Shown here one piece after another: positions 39,915-52,123 of a stretch of DNA of 64,000 nucleotides; position 1 is the first letter of the stretch; the number at the start of each line of letters is the position of its first letter. The position numbers were made by a program, and so were the translations under genes. The notes beneath the pieces are model-generated. The model saw nothing but the letters and a program-made list of their open reading frames with translations, had not been told where the DNA came from and ran no database searches. This DNA is from Octopus sinensis (lineage: Eukaryota): contig NC_043012.1 of assembly GCF_006345805.1 (NCBI RefSeq), forward strand, positions 25,544,001-25,608,000, read 5' to 3'.

Positions 39915-40230
39915 AGTGTTTTCTTTGGTTAGAGCGTCGGGTTTGCAAACATGGGGTGGTAAGATCTATTCCTGGACTGGGCTGTGTGTTGTGTTCTTGA
40001 GCAAGATACTTTATTTCACATTGCTCCAGTTCACTCAGCTGTGACATCACTGATACTAATCTGTATCGGGTTTTGCCTTTCCCTTGGATAACGTCAGTGG
40101 CCCGGAGAGGTGAGGCTGATATACATAGGCAAATTCTGGTCTTCCACTAGAAGCACTGTCCGGACTTGCCCTTCGGAGGGGAGGTTTCTAGGTGCAATCC
40201 CATGGTCATTCATGACTGAAGCAGGTTTCC
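39915..40230 (+). mobile_element. SINE family D, diverged
   Basis: ggttagagcgtcgg...ttcctggactgggctgtgtgttgtgttcttgagcaagatacttt...ttgcctttcccttggataac is collinear with 15449-15790. Confidence 0.75.
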
Positions 40231-40618
40231 GTCCGTCACTATGTTGCTTGGGATGCAGTACGATGTGATGTCTTGTGTTATGGAGTGAAGGTGCGTAGCA
40301 TAGTAGTTAGGCTATCCTGTTCACGATTGCCAGGTTCTGCGTTTAGAATCTTGGCGGTGTGTTTTGTCCTTGCGCAAAACACTTTTTTTCACGTTAATCC
40401 TACTATGTGGCCCTCGGATAAGTGTTTACTAAATTGAACCGGTCCCCACTAAATACCTGGAAAGGAGATTCCTGTGATTGCTACTCTAAAAAGTCTAATG
40501 AAAACTGCTTGTGTTTTCGTACGGCAAACACCTCTGCAGATTTTTTTGTATATCCTATATACATATGTAGGTGCCTGTATGTTCATCATTTACATATAGG
40601 TGTCTGTATATATATATA

Positions 40619-41031
40619 GGCGCAGGAGTGGCTGTGTGGTAAGTAGCTTGCTTACCAACCACATGGATCCGGGTTCAGTCCCACTGCGTGGCATCTTGGG
40701 CAAGCGTCTTCTGCTATAGCCCTGGGCCGACCAATGCCTTGTGAGTGGAATTGGTAGATGGAAACTGAAAGAAGCCTGTTGTATATATGTATATATGTAT
40801 ATATGTGTGTGATTGGGGGGTTTGTGTGTCTGTGTTTGTCCCCTAGCATTGCTTGACAACCGATGCTGGTGTGTTTACGTTTCCGTCATTTAGCGGTTCG
40901 GCAAAAGAGACCGATAGAATAAGTACTGGGCTTACAAAGAATAAGTCCCGGGATCGATTTGCTCGACTGAAGGCGGTGCTCCAGCATGGCCGCAGTCAAA
41001 TGACTGAAACAAGTAAAAGAGTAAAAGAGTA
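40619..41031 (+). mobile_element. SINE family A, full-length young reference copy (tRNA head, CORE-like box, internal TA/TG microsatellite, second domain, (TAAAAGAG)n tail)
   Basis: ggcgcaggagtggctgtgtggtaag...gggttcagtccc...cttgggcaag...; multiple homologues in the window. Confidence 0.93.
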
Positions 41032-41184
41032 TATACGTTTATGAATTTGTGTTTCAAAATTCCTGATGTGAAGCCGTGTAATGAAACAGATAATGTTATA
41101 TTTGGAGATAATATGTATCTTTATTTTTTGGCCAAATTAACACAGACACACACACAGACACACACACACGCGCACTATATGTAT

Positions 41185-42030
41185 ATATGCCAAAGAAACA
41201 GCTACGGTGCACTGTAGGATAGGGCCACTCCTTGAAAAGGATGGCACACTCACAGGTAATCCAATGAAGGTAAGTGAAATACTAAATTAGCAATTCAAGA
41301 GTATTTTCACTCCACCCCTAGGGCATTGTCAAGTCAGCAATCCAACTGACTTTTTTTTACCACTGCAGATATAAAATCAGAGGCAGCGATGATTGATTAC
41401 ATCAATATAAAGGAAGACGATGTAATAAAGGCTATTGATGAAATGAAAACAAACTCAGCTACTGGCCCCGATGTATTCCCAGCAATCCGTCTAAAAGTAT
41501 GTAAGGGAGTCCTAGCAAGACCACTGCAGTTCCTCTTTCAGAGCTTCCTTGCAACTGGTAAACTCCCAAGAAAACTGAAGGAAGGTAAAATATGCCCTAT
41601 TCATAAAGGAGGTAGCAGAGCGGAGGCCAAGAACTACAGACCTATCTCTTTGACCTCACATATCAGCAAGCTCATGGAACGAATTGTCAGAAGGAAACTA
41701 ATCACCTTCCTTGAAGAAAATGACTTGCTGCCTGACACCCAACACGGTTTCCGACCAGGAAGAAGCTGCTTAACGCAGCTCCTACAACACTATGACTGGG
41801 TGCTGAAACGACTGCTCAACCACTCAAATGTGGAAGTTATATATCTCGACTTTGCAAAGGCCTTTGATAAAGTCGACCATGGAATGATATGTCACAAACT
41901 GCGTGATCTTGGCATAGTTGGAAAATTGGGAGAAGTCAGGTGGAACCACTACTGTTCATAATGGCCCTCTCAGACATGTCCTCATCCACGCAGAGAGCCA
42001 CGATACAAAAGCTGATACAAAAGTTTAACA
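41185..42030 (+). mobile_element. CR1-like LINE reverse transcriptase fragment, internally deleted
   Basis: ORF 41389-41961 contains ATGPD, PIHKGGSR..KNYRPISLTSHISKLMERIV, QHGFRPGRSCLTQLL and YLDFAKAFDKVDH. It then jumps to PLLFIMALSD and a damaged YADD region (ADTKV). Confidence 0.92.
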
Positions 42031-42059
42031 GGCCGAATTGATATGCATGCCTTTTGTGG

Positions 42060-42410
42060 ATTTTGGACTGTAATTACCCCAGGTATCGTCACAAAAAATA
42101 CCATTTGATGCACCAAGCAGAATGCACGAAACACAACTTGATTTATGTTGGTTGTACCACAGATCAATTAAACAAAAGATTCGATGGGTACAGATATGAC
42201 ATCAGGCACAATAAGAGTACTTCCACATAACTTGCCGATCATTTTGCATAAAACGGCTGCAATTTTGAAAAGGACTTGAAAGCGCATCTTCTCAGAAAAT
42301 ATTCTGAATCTGCTACACTTTCAGTACTAACAAGGGATGAAGAGAAATATGTTTGTGAGTTATTAACATCATACCCTTGAGGAATGAATTATATGACAGG
42401 AGAATAACAA
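42060..42410 (+). mobile_element. Penelope-like element GIY-YIG endonuclease fragment
   Basis: A frame with internal stops reads HQAECTKHNLIYVGCTTDQLNKRFDGYRYDIRHNK...LADHF.NGCNFEKDLKAHLL...ELLTSYP*GMN. This matches the PLE EN pattern CxxxxxxYVGxTxxxLxxRFxxHRxDI...L.T..P.G(L/M)N. Confidence 0.7.
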
Positions 42411-42691
42411 GCTGATTGATTAAATATTCTTCTTTATCTTTTGTTTTGTTTTCTTTCTTTTCTCTTTTTTAATTTTGCCTGTTGTAAACTTGAAAATTGA
42501 AGACTGATGATGTTATTCATTCAAAGTGGGGACGCTGGTTGCCCTCGTTCAGATTTTTATTTGAATTTATATAAGTTTAAAATTTTTAGGTATCACATTT
42601 TATTTTTAACTCAACAAAGACGGACTAGATGTCGAAATACCGTTCAACCAATAGAATATCTACAGCAATCGCATCGCTTTGTATTGTCTAA

Positions 42692-42734
<43 letters not shown>

Positions 42735-42766
42735 GTTGTTGTTGTTGTTATTATTATTATTATTAC

Positions 42767-42799
<33 letters not shown>

Positions 42800-43021
42800 C
42801 ATTATTATTATTATTATTATACAATGCTATATCGGCAGAGCTTGGTGCGATCCCATAAAACCGTTGCTGCAGGTTGGAATCGCTAGTCCGTAACCGACAT
42901 AATAAAAAATGAAGCTTTTATTCGCGTGGTCGAAAACGTTTCCCGTAAAGGAACTTATGGGATATGTTTGTGTTTCTGTATATGTATGTATGTGTGTGTA
43001 TAGATTTTCTTATGTTCTTCT

Positions 43022-43061
<40 letters not shown>

Positions 43062-44043
43062 CCAGCTTTTCTCTACTTCCTATCTTTTCCTTCTACTGAA
43101 GAGCGTATGAGGATAGTAACAAAAGAGACTTCCTGAGCACTAATATAATATACCCCGCCCTTTATTTTTACCTCGCTTCACCTTTTTTTCTAAAAATACT
43201 TCTGTACTATACCCACACCCACACCCACACACACATGCACACACGTCAGTACACGCAAACACGCACACGTATATACATGAATATATACATATATATTCAT
43301 ACACACATACATACATGTACATCCATATACGTAAATGTATATATTTTAGTACGCATGTATTTCCTCATATATCCGGTATACATTTCTTTACACATTCGGC
43401 ATTTCGATTTCGAACTGCTCACAAGAGTCTTTAGAGTTTTTTTCTGTCCTGAAACGTTTTCGCTATAATAACGTAGACGAGGACACAATACAGAACACCA
43501 GAGCACATCGGTGTCCTATAAATTCGATAGTACTGTGTGACGTAACAAAAGCGGTAACGATAAAGCTTAATGCCGGTGAGGAGCGTAGTACATTGTAGTA
43601 AATGTCTAATGATACTGGCTGTAATCCCTTTCAATAATTAACGACTAGTTCAAACTTTAGTTCCTGCATATTTTGCATGCAACAATGAAAGCGTACATGA
43701 TTACATGTCCAGGTACGCAGGTTGCAGGTGTCGAGTGTCATTGCAAATTAGTGCAACGGATATATCTATCACACACTTCGCCATTTTCTTCGCCGTTTAT
43801 AATTTCACAGATAACAATAAACAACCAATTGTGAGGCAAGTAATTGAACAAAGACACACATGCGCTCGCACGCGCACACGCGCTCCGAGAGATTCGCTCA
43901 CACTCTCAGGCATGCATCCATTAAACGTCCTCAGATAAACATACACGCAGAGCGTATACACATATTTATACGTATATGTGTGTATATATATATATTATAT
44001 ATATAAATGTGAATAAGTAAATAAACACACACCACATACACAG

Positions 44044-44080
<37 letters not shown>

Positions 44081-44145
44081 CATATATATACACATTTATA
44101 TATAAAGGGATTGGTAGATAGACAAACAAAATATAGAAACGTACA

Positions 44146-44177
<32 letters not shown>

Positions 44178-45509
44178 GCATATATATATACACGCACACA
44201 CCCGCAAACACACACAAACGCACGCGCGCACACACACAGACACACACACACACATATATATATACAAGCAAGAACGCTTACACGGATATATATATATATA
44301 TGTATGTATGTATATGTATATGTGTGGATGTGAGTGCGTGTGCTTGAGTGTGATTTTGTGCGTGTGTATGAATGCTTATGTTGGTATGTACGTCTGTATG
44401 CACTCATGTCCCACAGCACAAACTAAATACTAACCGTGTCAAACGCAGAGATGAACACAAACACGTATTCACATAAACACACATGTCCACTTACACCACA
44501 CATATAAGTCAATACAACATATAATCACGCAAACAGGGAAAACAAAACACGCCAATTTTCTCTCTGTCTGTTTGTGTATCTTACTTCCTAACAGATATAC
44601 AAGCGTGCGCATTTACAAACCCATATAATAAATATATTCATATAAAGACAAAATACACTATCTCTATACCTCAAATATGTACATATTCACACACATTCGC
44701 ACACAAAACGCACTCTCAAACTCACGAAAACATGCACACAGGGGCACAGAAGAAGAAAGCCACACTCTTATTGTCGTCCACATCCACATACGCAAAAGGA
44801 CTGCGCGCAGATTTAGGCATATGCCCTTGCAGATAACAAGAAATCTGACATTGTGTAAGTTGTAAATCCTGCCATAAAAATTCGACTTGCTATTTTTCAA
44901 TGATGTAAAATGGAGGGCTGTGAAGATTAATGCAGCCTAAGATTGACATTAATAGCTTACCATTCCATGTTTGTGATAGGAAACACATGTCAATGGTAGT
45001 GAGGAATTTCTGCAGCGTGTAGAGACTGTTCCGTTCGAAGGTAGAGGTAAACTGCTCCAGTGATTGTATTTTGAATAATCTTAGCTGTTTCCATGGTTGT
45101 ACACTATCGGACCAAGGACCGAGTTCCTCTCCCACTCCCTAGTCGGTTTAGTTTCCTGCCAACATCTGCGCTAATAGACTATACTCAAGAGGATTCGCGT
45201 TTCAGTTTTTACTATTTCATCTCAAAAAAATGAAATGAAGAATTTGATAATGTAGTTTGAGCACAATGCAAATTGGAATTCAAAGGGTTTGTCACGTTTG
45301 GAATGCTTTTTACCATGGAATACTACATCCAACTAGCTTTTATTAATCGCTTTCAGTTCTTACATCGTTACAAGAAGGCATAATTATCCTCTCGACCCCT
45401 TACGAATGATCTAGTTTGACGGAACATCCTGGATGTGGCAGTTGGGGTAACAAACGCATGAACCTGCACTTCCCAGGGTTTCAGAACAGTTTCCAAAATG
45501 TAGCAATAT

Positions 45510-45617
45510 CGAATGAAGTGCTTTGCTCGAGGACACAACGCCCTATCCGATCTTGGAATGGAACACACTACCTTATGAACTTAGATAAACACCCTAACTA
45601 CAAAAGCAAGTGCCTTT
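45510..45617 (-). mobile_element. SINE family D head, degenerate
   Basis: aagtgctttgctcgaggacacaacgc...ggaatggaac...accctaactac is the reverse complement of the family D 5' region. Confidence 0.55.
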
Positions 45618-48379
45618 ACTATTTATCATAGACCTGACTGCTCATGCGTGACCTAAGTCTGATATAGAAAATTAACAACGATAATTAATTTGAAAACAGA
45701 TCTTGATATGTGTCTACTGTTTCATGTTTTGTCAATTCTAAGGCCATATGAAGAACCTATCATATCTTGCCTTTATGTGGTACCACAATATTTGCATGAA
45801 ACCAAAGCTTTATAGAGAAAAAATGCATTTTGTTAAGCTGCAGATATCGAAAATACTACCTATGCAGAACAGTGTTTCATAAGGTAGCTCCTGGAAAACA
45901 AATTACAGTGAAAAATCTAGTGGAAGATAAATTATGTAAAAGCAAAACCAAAAATAAAAATAAAAGAAAGCAATATAACCTATTTTACAGATTGGTATTC
46001 ATAGAATTGTATTTATCGAAATAATAACTGACATGATATGAAATTAAGTACCATTAAAATAATAAACGAGCTGAATGGGGGGGGGGCGCCATTGCCATTG
46101 CTATCATCTGTAGAAAGGCAAAATTAGTTTGGTGCAAGCGTTCAGACAGGTAACTTAAAGAGTTGCCTGTCGAATGAACGCATCTGCTTGCCGCACTGCT
46201 TTCCCGTGTTCTCTGAATAACCTTGCTGGTTTAGCTTTATTCGTTGTGTCACAATTTAAGTCTATAAATTACGTAAAACTGGTTTAAATACATGTAGATA
46301 AATTATTCCTCAATATCAAAGTCGATATGTTAGGATTTCTGCACAACACTGTATATGTGATTACAATGTTCAAAGTATGGGTCATTAAAAAAATAAAAAG
46401 ACAGTAGAAATATTAGTTTTTTTAAAGTAAATACTGAGCGCACATCTATAGAAAGGATGGAGATTATAGAATTATTTTTACAAGAATCAGCTTTTAGTTC
46501 GGTTCACTTACGCAAAGAAAGAAAAAAACTTTTGTGCAGTTGTGTATGAAAGAAAGCTAAATAATCTACTAATTATTCATTGTTTGGGTTCTTCTTTAAA
46601 TGTTGGTAACGAAGAAGCTCCAGATGTTGTTTGTTTACTTCGTAATATTCCTATCAGTAAACTGTTCTTTGACACCAGAAATATTTCGAAGATTCGCGGA
46701 AGCAAATCATCCGACTTATAAAGATAAAACAATTTCTTTTGTTTTAAGGGAAACTTGAAAGACGCATTAATTCTGTAAGATTCATATTTAAACAACTTCA
46801 AACCAGATAAAGAGAAAGCGACAGAAGCGGTGAATATAGCATGTTGCGGCAGGCATTGCATTGTTCTCTCTTCTAAAGGATTTGAGGAATGACTTGTAAA
46901 ATATTGCGTAAAATTTATCGTCGTGTGTGTGTTTGCTGCAGATTCTGTTTAAAAGAATAACAGAAATCTGGGTCTCATTCCATGACTACTATATCTTCTC
47001 TATCTCTCTGTGTTGACAATATTTCAGATGACTTTAAAGCAGATGTTATTTCAATATTAAATGTACCTGCTGCTGATGTATTATTACTACACGAAACTAC
47101 AGTATGGCAATATTATTTCGTTATATTTTATATTTTTTAAAGAAAAACAAAAAATGAAGTTTCTCTTTAATGTGAATATTTCGAAATGCAAAATGCGGGA
47201 AATAATTTTATAAAAACTCACTTTATGATTTAGAGTTATACGTATCGTAACAGTGACAAAAGCGCAAATATATTGCGAAGAAAAGTAGCTGGTAGTATGA
47301 AAGGAATAAAGAATGTTCGAAAAACAGGAATAGTTATCAATGCATCCAGTTGCTTTAAAATCCATTTTAGCTGAAGTCGTAATGGTCATCAGTTATATTT
47401 CATCCCGACAATTGTATTCGTGTATTATATTTTTCAAATCCTATTTTGAAGATGTGGGTGATTTTCGCAGCATTTCCTAGAATTTAGATCGCAATCTCGA
47501 AATAATATTCGTGTGTGAATGTTTGCATTACGTAAAGAAGCGTTGGCATATTTTATCGATCTTCAATTTTGATTATCCATCAGGTTTACAAATGTACCGT
47601 GGCTATAAAGAATCGCATGTTTTGCTGAGACTTTGGGGAATCTAAAGCATTACGTTTATCATTGAAAACGGAAAGAAGTGAATATTTTTGAAGCCGAATT
47701 AAATTTGAAACATTGCAGCTAGGGAACTTAGTGTTTTTGGATTATTTCTGGTTTTCGCGATAAAGCCGAATGTAATTTTTGCAGCGCATTATAATCACTA
47801 TCCGAGTGTCCTACGAAATTTGAAGAACGAAACTAATTGTTAAGCACAAAAATAAAGAAGAAAATAAAGAAGACAAACACCAATTTAATTTCTCACGGTG
47901 GATTTTGGAAATTCAATAGGAATTAGTTCACAAAATTAAGTAAATACTAAGTTTGAAGGTATTTTCTTTGCAAATTTCGATACAGCGATATATTTCAAGA
48001 TTATTCACAATTACCTAAATTGGATATTAGAGTTATTCTCTATTGGAAACAATGAATTTCTATGAATACGTCATTTCTGAGGACATAAAAAAAGACTAAC
48101 TATTGCAAAAGAACGATGGGTAAACTAGATATGTGATTTCGTTTAACAGTATTAAATCCAATTTTCCGAAAATGTTAGTTTCGAAGAATAATTTATTTTT
48201 CGCATAAACCACTTAATATTTTAATATATTTTTGCGCCAAAGTTTAAAAAAAGCTTATAACTGCTAGAAACGGAGATGTGTTCTTGTATATTTTTCAATT
48301 TAGATAATATATGTGTGCATGTGTGTGTGTACACGTGTGTGTGTTCGTGGGTGCGTCTAAGTAAAGTCTAATTGCTTAC

Positions 48380-48458
48380 CTGGTGTACCAGGGGCACCAA
48401 CTTTTAGAGGTTCACAATAATCTTTGGTAGTTCGACAGAATTTATTGAGTGTGTTAAC
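48380..48458 (-). CDS. Internal coding exon (79 bp, phase 0 to 1) of a gliomedin/colmedin-like transmembrane collagen: C-x6-C motif plus start of collagen helix
   Basis: Minus strand reads ...ccttttttctttctttcttgcag|GTTAAC...GGTACACCAG|gtaagc, with a long polypyrimidine acceptor and a strong donor. Translation is VNTLNKFCRTTKDYCEPLKVGAPGTP(G). CRTTKDYC followed by Gly-X-Y matches the CNSTKGIC-LTGPSGPP segment I recall from vertebrate gliomedin (family assignment from memory, not a search). Confidence 0.82.
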
Positions 48459-48519
48459 CTGCAAGAAAGAAAGAAAAAAGGATGACATAAGTAAAAAAAA
48501 TAACACCTCCTTCGCCACC

Positions 48520-49142
48520 ACTACCACCACCACTACAACCAACACCACCACCAACAACAACAACGCCCTCAACATGACCTCAACGATGACGATGACCACC
48601 AGCCCCGACACCACCATCATCATCATGAGGAAGGAGACGACGAGAAAGAGAGTCACCATCACCACCACCACCATCATGACATCGACGGCAACGAATACCC
48701 CCCATCATATTCACTACCCTCACCGCGACCACCACGATTATCACCACCATCTCCACGACGATGACAAACCACCACCACCACCACCACCAAGACGGTGAGC
48801 TGACAAGATGATTTGCACACCAGACAAAATACGTAGCAGCATTACGTTGTAAGTTCAAATCCTTCCATGGCCGTCTATGCCTTTCGTCGAGATCGAGAAA
48901 ATAAGTAACATGAATCGACTTACCCCCCACCCTTGCACCGAAATTTCAAAATTATTATTGTTGTTGTTGTTATGGCCTTCACCATCATAATCATCTTCAT
49001 CCTCATCATCGTCATCATCACCAAACCACCACCACCACCACCACCACCACCACCATTCATCATCACCATCATCATCATCATCATCATCATCATCATAATC
49101 ATCATCGTCATCATCATCATCATCACCACCATCATCATCATC

Positions 49143-49174
<32 letters not shown>

Positions 49175-49195
49175 CACCAAACCACCACCACCACC

Positions 49196-49241
<46 letters not shown>

Positions 49242-49290
49242 CCACCACCACCACCACCACCAACACCAACATCATCATCGTCCTCCTCAT
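48520..49290. repeat. Compound (CAC)n/(CAT)n/(CAA)n trinucleotide array with internal higher-order duplication
   Basis: Directly visible; starts about 60 nt upstream (gene orientation) of the 48458 acceptor. Confidence 0.92.
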
Positions 49291-49724
49291 TATCATTATT
49301 AGTACATCTTCTGCAGAGACTCGGAATGTGTCTAACAAATCAAGCAATTATCGTTGATTGGTACTTATTGATATAGAAACGAGAGGGCGACGACGGTAAG
49401 GATTATGTCACTGGCGTAGATGGGAGTAATATGGTAAGTGCTTTTGGTAATTATGAATCTAATGACTAGTAATGACTAGTAATGACATGACAGTGGTTAC
49501 ACTGATGATCATGATGTCGTTGTTGCCATTGTTCTTGTGGTGCCATCGGTGAGGATGAGAACGTTGTTCGCAGTTAGAAACCTGGATTAAATATACGTTG
49601 TAATGAGAAAACGATGGACTGAGAAGATCCACAACCATTGGTTCACTGATTTATCTGCAATATGTGAATCCCGGATCAGTAAGTAGAATCCAGTGTTGGA
49701 TTGAGACGGTCATTTTATGTATTT

Positions 49725-49732
49725 ATTTATTA

Positions 49733-49793
<61 letters not shown>

Positions 49794-49854
49794 TATTATT
49801 ATTTATTATTATTATTTATTATTTATTATTATTATATTATTATTATTATTATTA

Positions 49855-49900
<46 letters not shown>

Positions 49901-50120
49901 TATTGTAAACTGCTCCTAATGCTCCATTTACCACCAGTATCGCTATTACATTCCCCCTCATTCTTCTTCTTCTTCTTCTTCTTCTTTTCTTCTTCTTCTT
50001 CTTCTTCTTCTTCTTCTGTCGACTTTACTTTCTCCTTTATCGCATACCTTGTTGTCAGCCTGGCTATATCTATATATCTATGCTATATCTATGATCCTGC
50101 ACCGATTGCCTTCTTTCTAA

Positions 50121-50180
<60 letters not shown>
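49725..50180. repeat. (TTA)n and (TTC)n microsatellites
   Basis: Directly visible. Confidence 0.93.
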
Positions 50181-50181
<1 letters not shown>

Positions 50182-50504
50182 GAGTGAGAGAGCAGCACAA
50201 GCCATCAAAGTGACACTGAGGTAAAATATACAAAGCCCCGTATACCCATCATGACTACCCGTCTGATGAAGGTGCACTAGGCACATGCATCACAACCATG
50301 GTGATCTCATATCAAGATAAACGGCACATGACCTTGCAGGTGGGGCCCAGTTAGAATTTTCTTCTGGTCGAGTAACGCATCCTGCTCAAAAGGTCTCTGA
50401 ATAAGGATTGTTTAAGGATGTTGAACGAAACACCTAGGTTTCCAGTGGTGAATTATTCAAACCTCCAACGAATCCCTCTCAACACATGGCTATAATGCTC
50501 CCCC

Positions 50505-50561
<57 letters not shown>

Positions 50562-50688
50562 TGTTGTTGTTGTTGTTGTTGTTGTTGCTATTATTTTTTG
50601 TGTGTGTGTATTTGTCAAAATATTGAGGAATGATATAAGTGACGTCGGTAACATTCGATCTCTGAATGAAAGTTAATATATAAGGAAG

Positions 50689-50751
50689 CCTAGTACTTAT
50701 TCTATCGGTCTCTTTTGCCGAACCGCTAAGTTACGGGAACGTAAACACACT
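50689..50751 (-). mobile_element. SINE family A internal fragment
   Basis: agtacttattctatcggtctcttttgccgaaccgctaagt matches 18159-18198 almost exactly. Confidence 0.8.
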
Positions 50752-51014
50752 TTATATATATAACACGTCAGATTGTGATACTCTTAAATTAGTTTCTATT
50801 AGTCATTATACTTGACCGCAGAGATAATTGCTAAGTTCTGTTGTTCTTTTAGATGTTTAGCTGTACATCAATTCTTTTCTAGCCAACATATGACAAAATC
50901 AGATTTATTCCAGTTGTGAACAGTATATCGCTTACAAAAATTTCTTTCTTAAGACAAAAATTTCTCTACTGTCTTAAGATATGATTTTTGAAGAAATATT
51001 TTTATGGCTGAGAA

Positions 51015-51210
51015 AAGCGGCGTCCTGGCAGAATTGTTAGCACGGCCGGCAAAATGCTTAGCAGTGTTTTGCTCGTCTTCGCGTTTTGCGTTCGAATTCC
51101 GCTGAGGTCGACGTTGCTTCTCATCCATTCGAAGTCAGTAAGATAAGTATCAGTCGATGTGATCTACTTAAGCTCTTTTCCGAAATTGCTGACCTTCTGC
51201 TAAAATTTGA
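51015..51210 (+). mobile_element. SINE family B
   Basis: gcggcgtcctggcagaattgttagcacggccggcaaaatgcttagc...gttcgaattccgctgaggtcgac. Confidence 0.8.
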
Positions 51211-52089
51211 AATCGATATTTCACGACTAAGTTCAGAATCATACATGGTGTCTACTTCTAACAGTAACCGAGTACATATACATTACAGATTGATATTGAA
51301 GCATTATTAATCCTAATAATATTTTTTACTGTAAGGGGTATTGATAGCGCATCAAAGAAAATGTCTTGCTGTATTAATTTCCGTTCAGAGATCGAATGTT
51401 GCCAACGTCAATTTTATCATTCTTCCATACCGGGACAAACACACAACACACACACACACACGGAGAAAATAATAATAATGATAATAAAATAACATTAACA
51501 TTAAATGCAGGCATGGATATTAATCAACAATAACCCGTGTGCCAAAGTGAAAAAGCAAATTTATTTAAAATATAATTGACATGAAATTCATTAAGAATTA
51601 ATTTATAATTCAATCATTTATTCAATTTTAGAAACCAAAGGAAACAAAAGTGTCCTGCGGTGCGAAGTAAAGACCATGCCTTTAAAACAGAATATTAGGT
51701 GATATTCTCAAAAGTTAACAATCACCGCACCTTAACAAACTTTCGTGACATACACACAGAGCTTTGGAATTTCAAAGAAAAAGCAAGAAATGCTAATCAG
51801 CGTGACATCTTCGACTGAAGATCACACAGAATTAGGGTTGGTACAATAAAAAGAAGTCAGTTTTACTCAGTGACATTGTTTTTGTATTAATATTTCTTTA
51901 GTTTTAATTTTTATTTTTCACATTCATTTAATCTTTCTTTTGATCTTTCTTCACTATTTCATTCAATTCACTTATTCAGGCTTCTTCTACTGTTCGTTAT
52001 TATTAAATCTCACTGTTACTTCTCTCTTTTATCTCTCTCTCTTACAGAGATACTGAATACACACATGTATACATACATACATACATACA

Positions 52090-52123
<34 letters not shown>

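Noticed and set aside
42495-42650. Possible hammerhead ribozyme remnants downstream of the Penelope-like fragment (CTGATGA at 42504; gac...gtc-GAAA near 42620-42636)
   Set aside because: The first lacks GAAA and proper stems, and the second lacks CUGANGA. A complete core cannot be built by eye; an Infernal scan would be needed.
44890-45135. 81-aa minus-strand ORF with an internal gtaagc
   Set aside because: No recognisable motif, no good acceptor, and it does not continue the Gly-X-Y register.
50255-50300. CTGATGA followed by a GTGC/GCAC stem
   Set aside because: No GAAA after the stem, so it is not a hammerhead.
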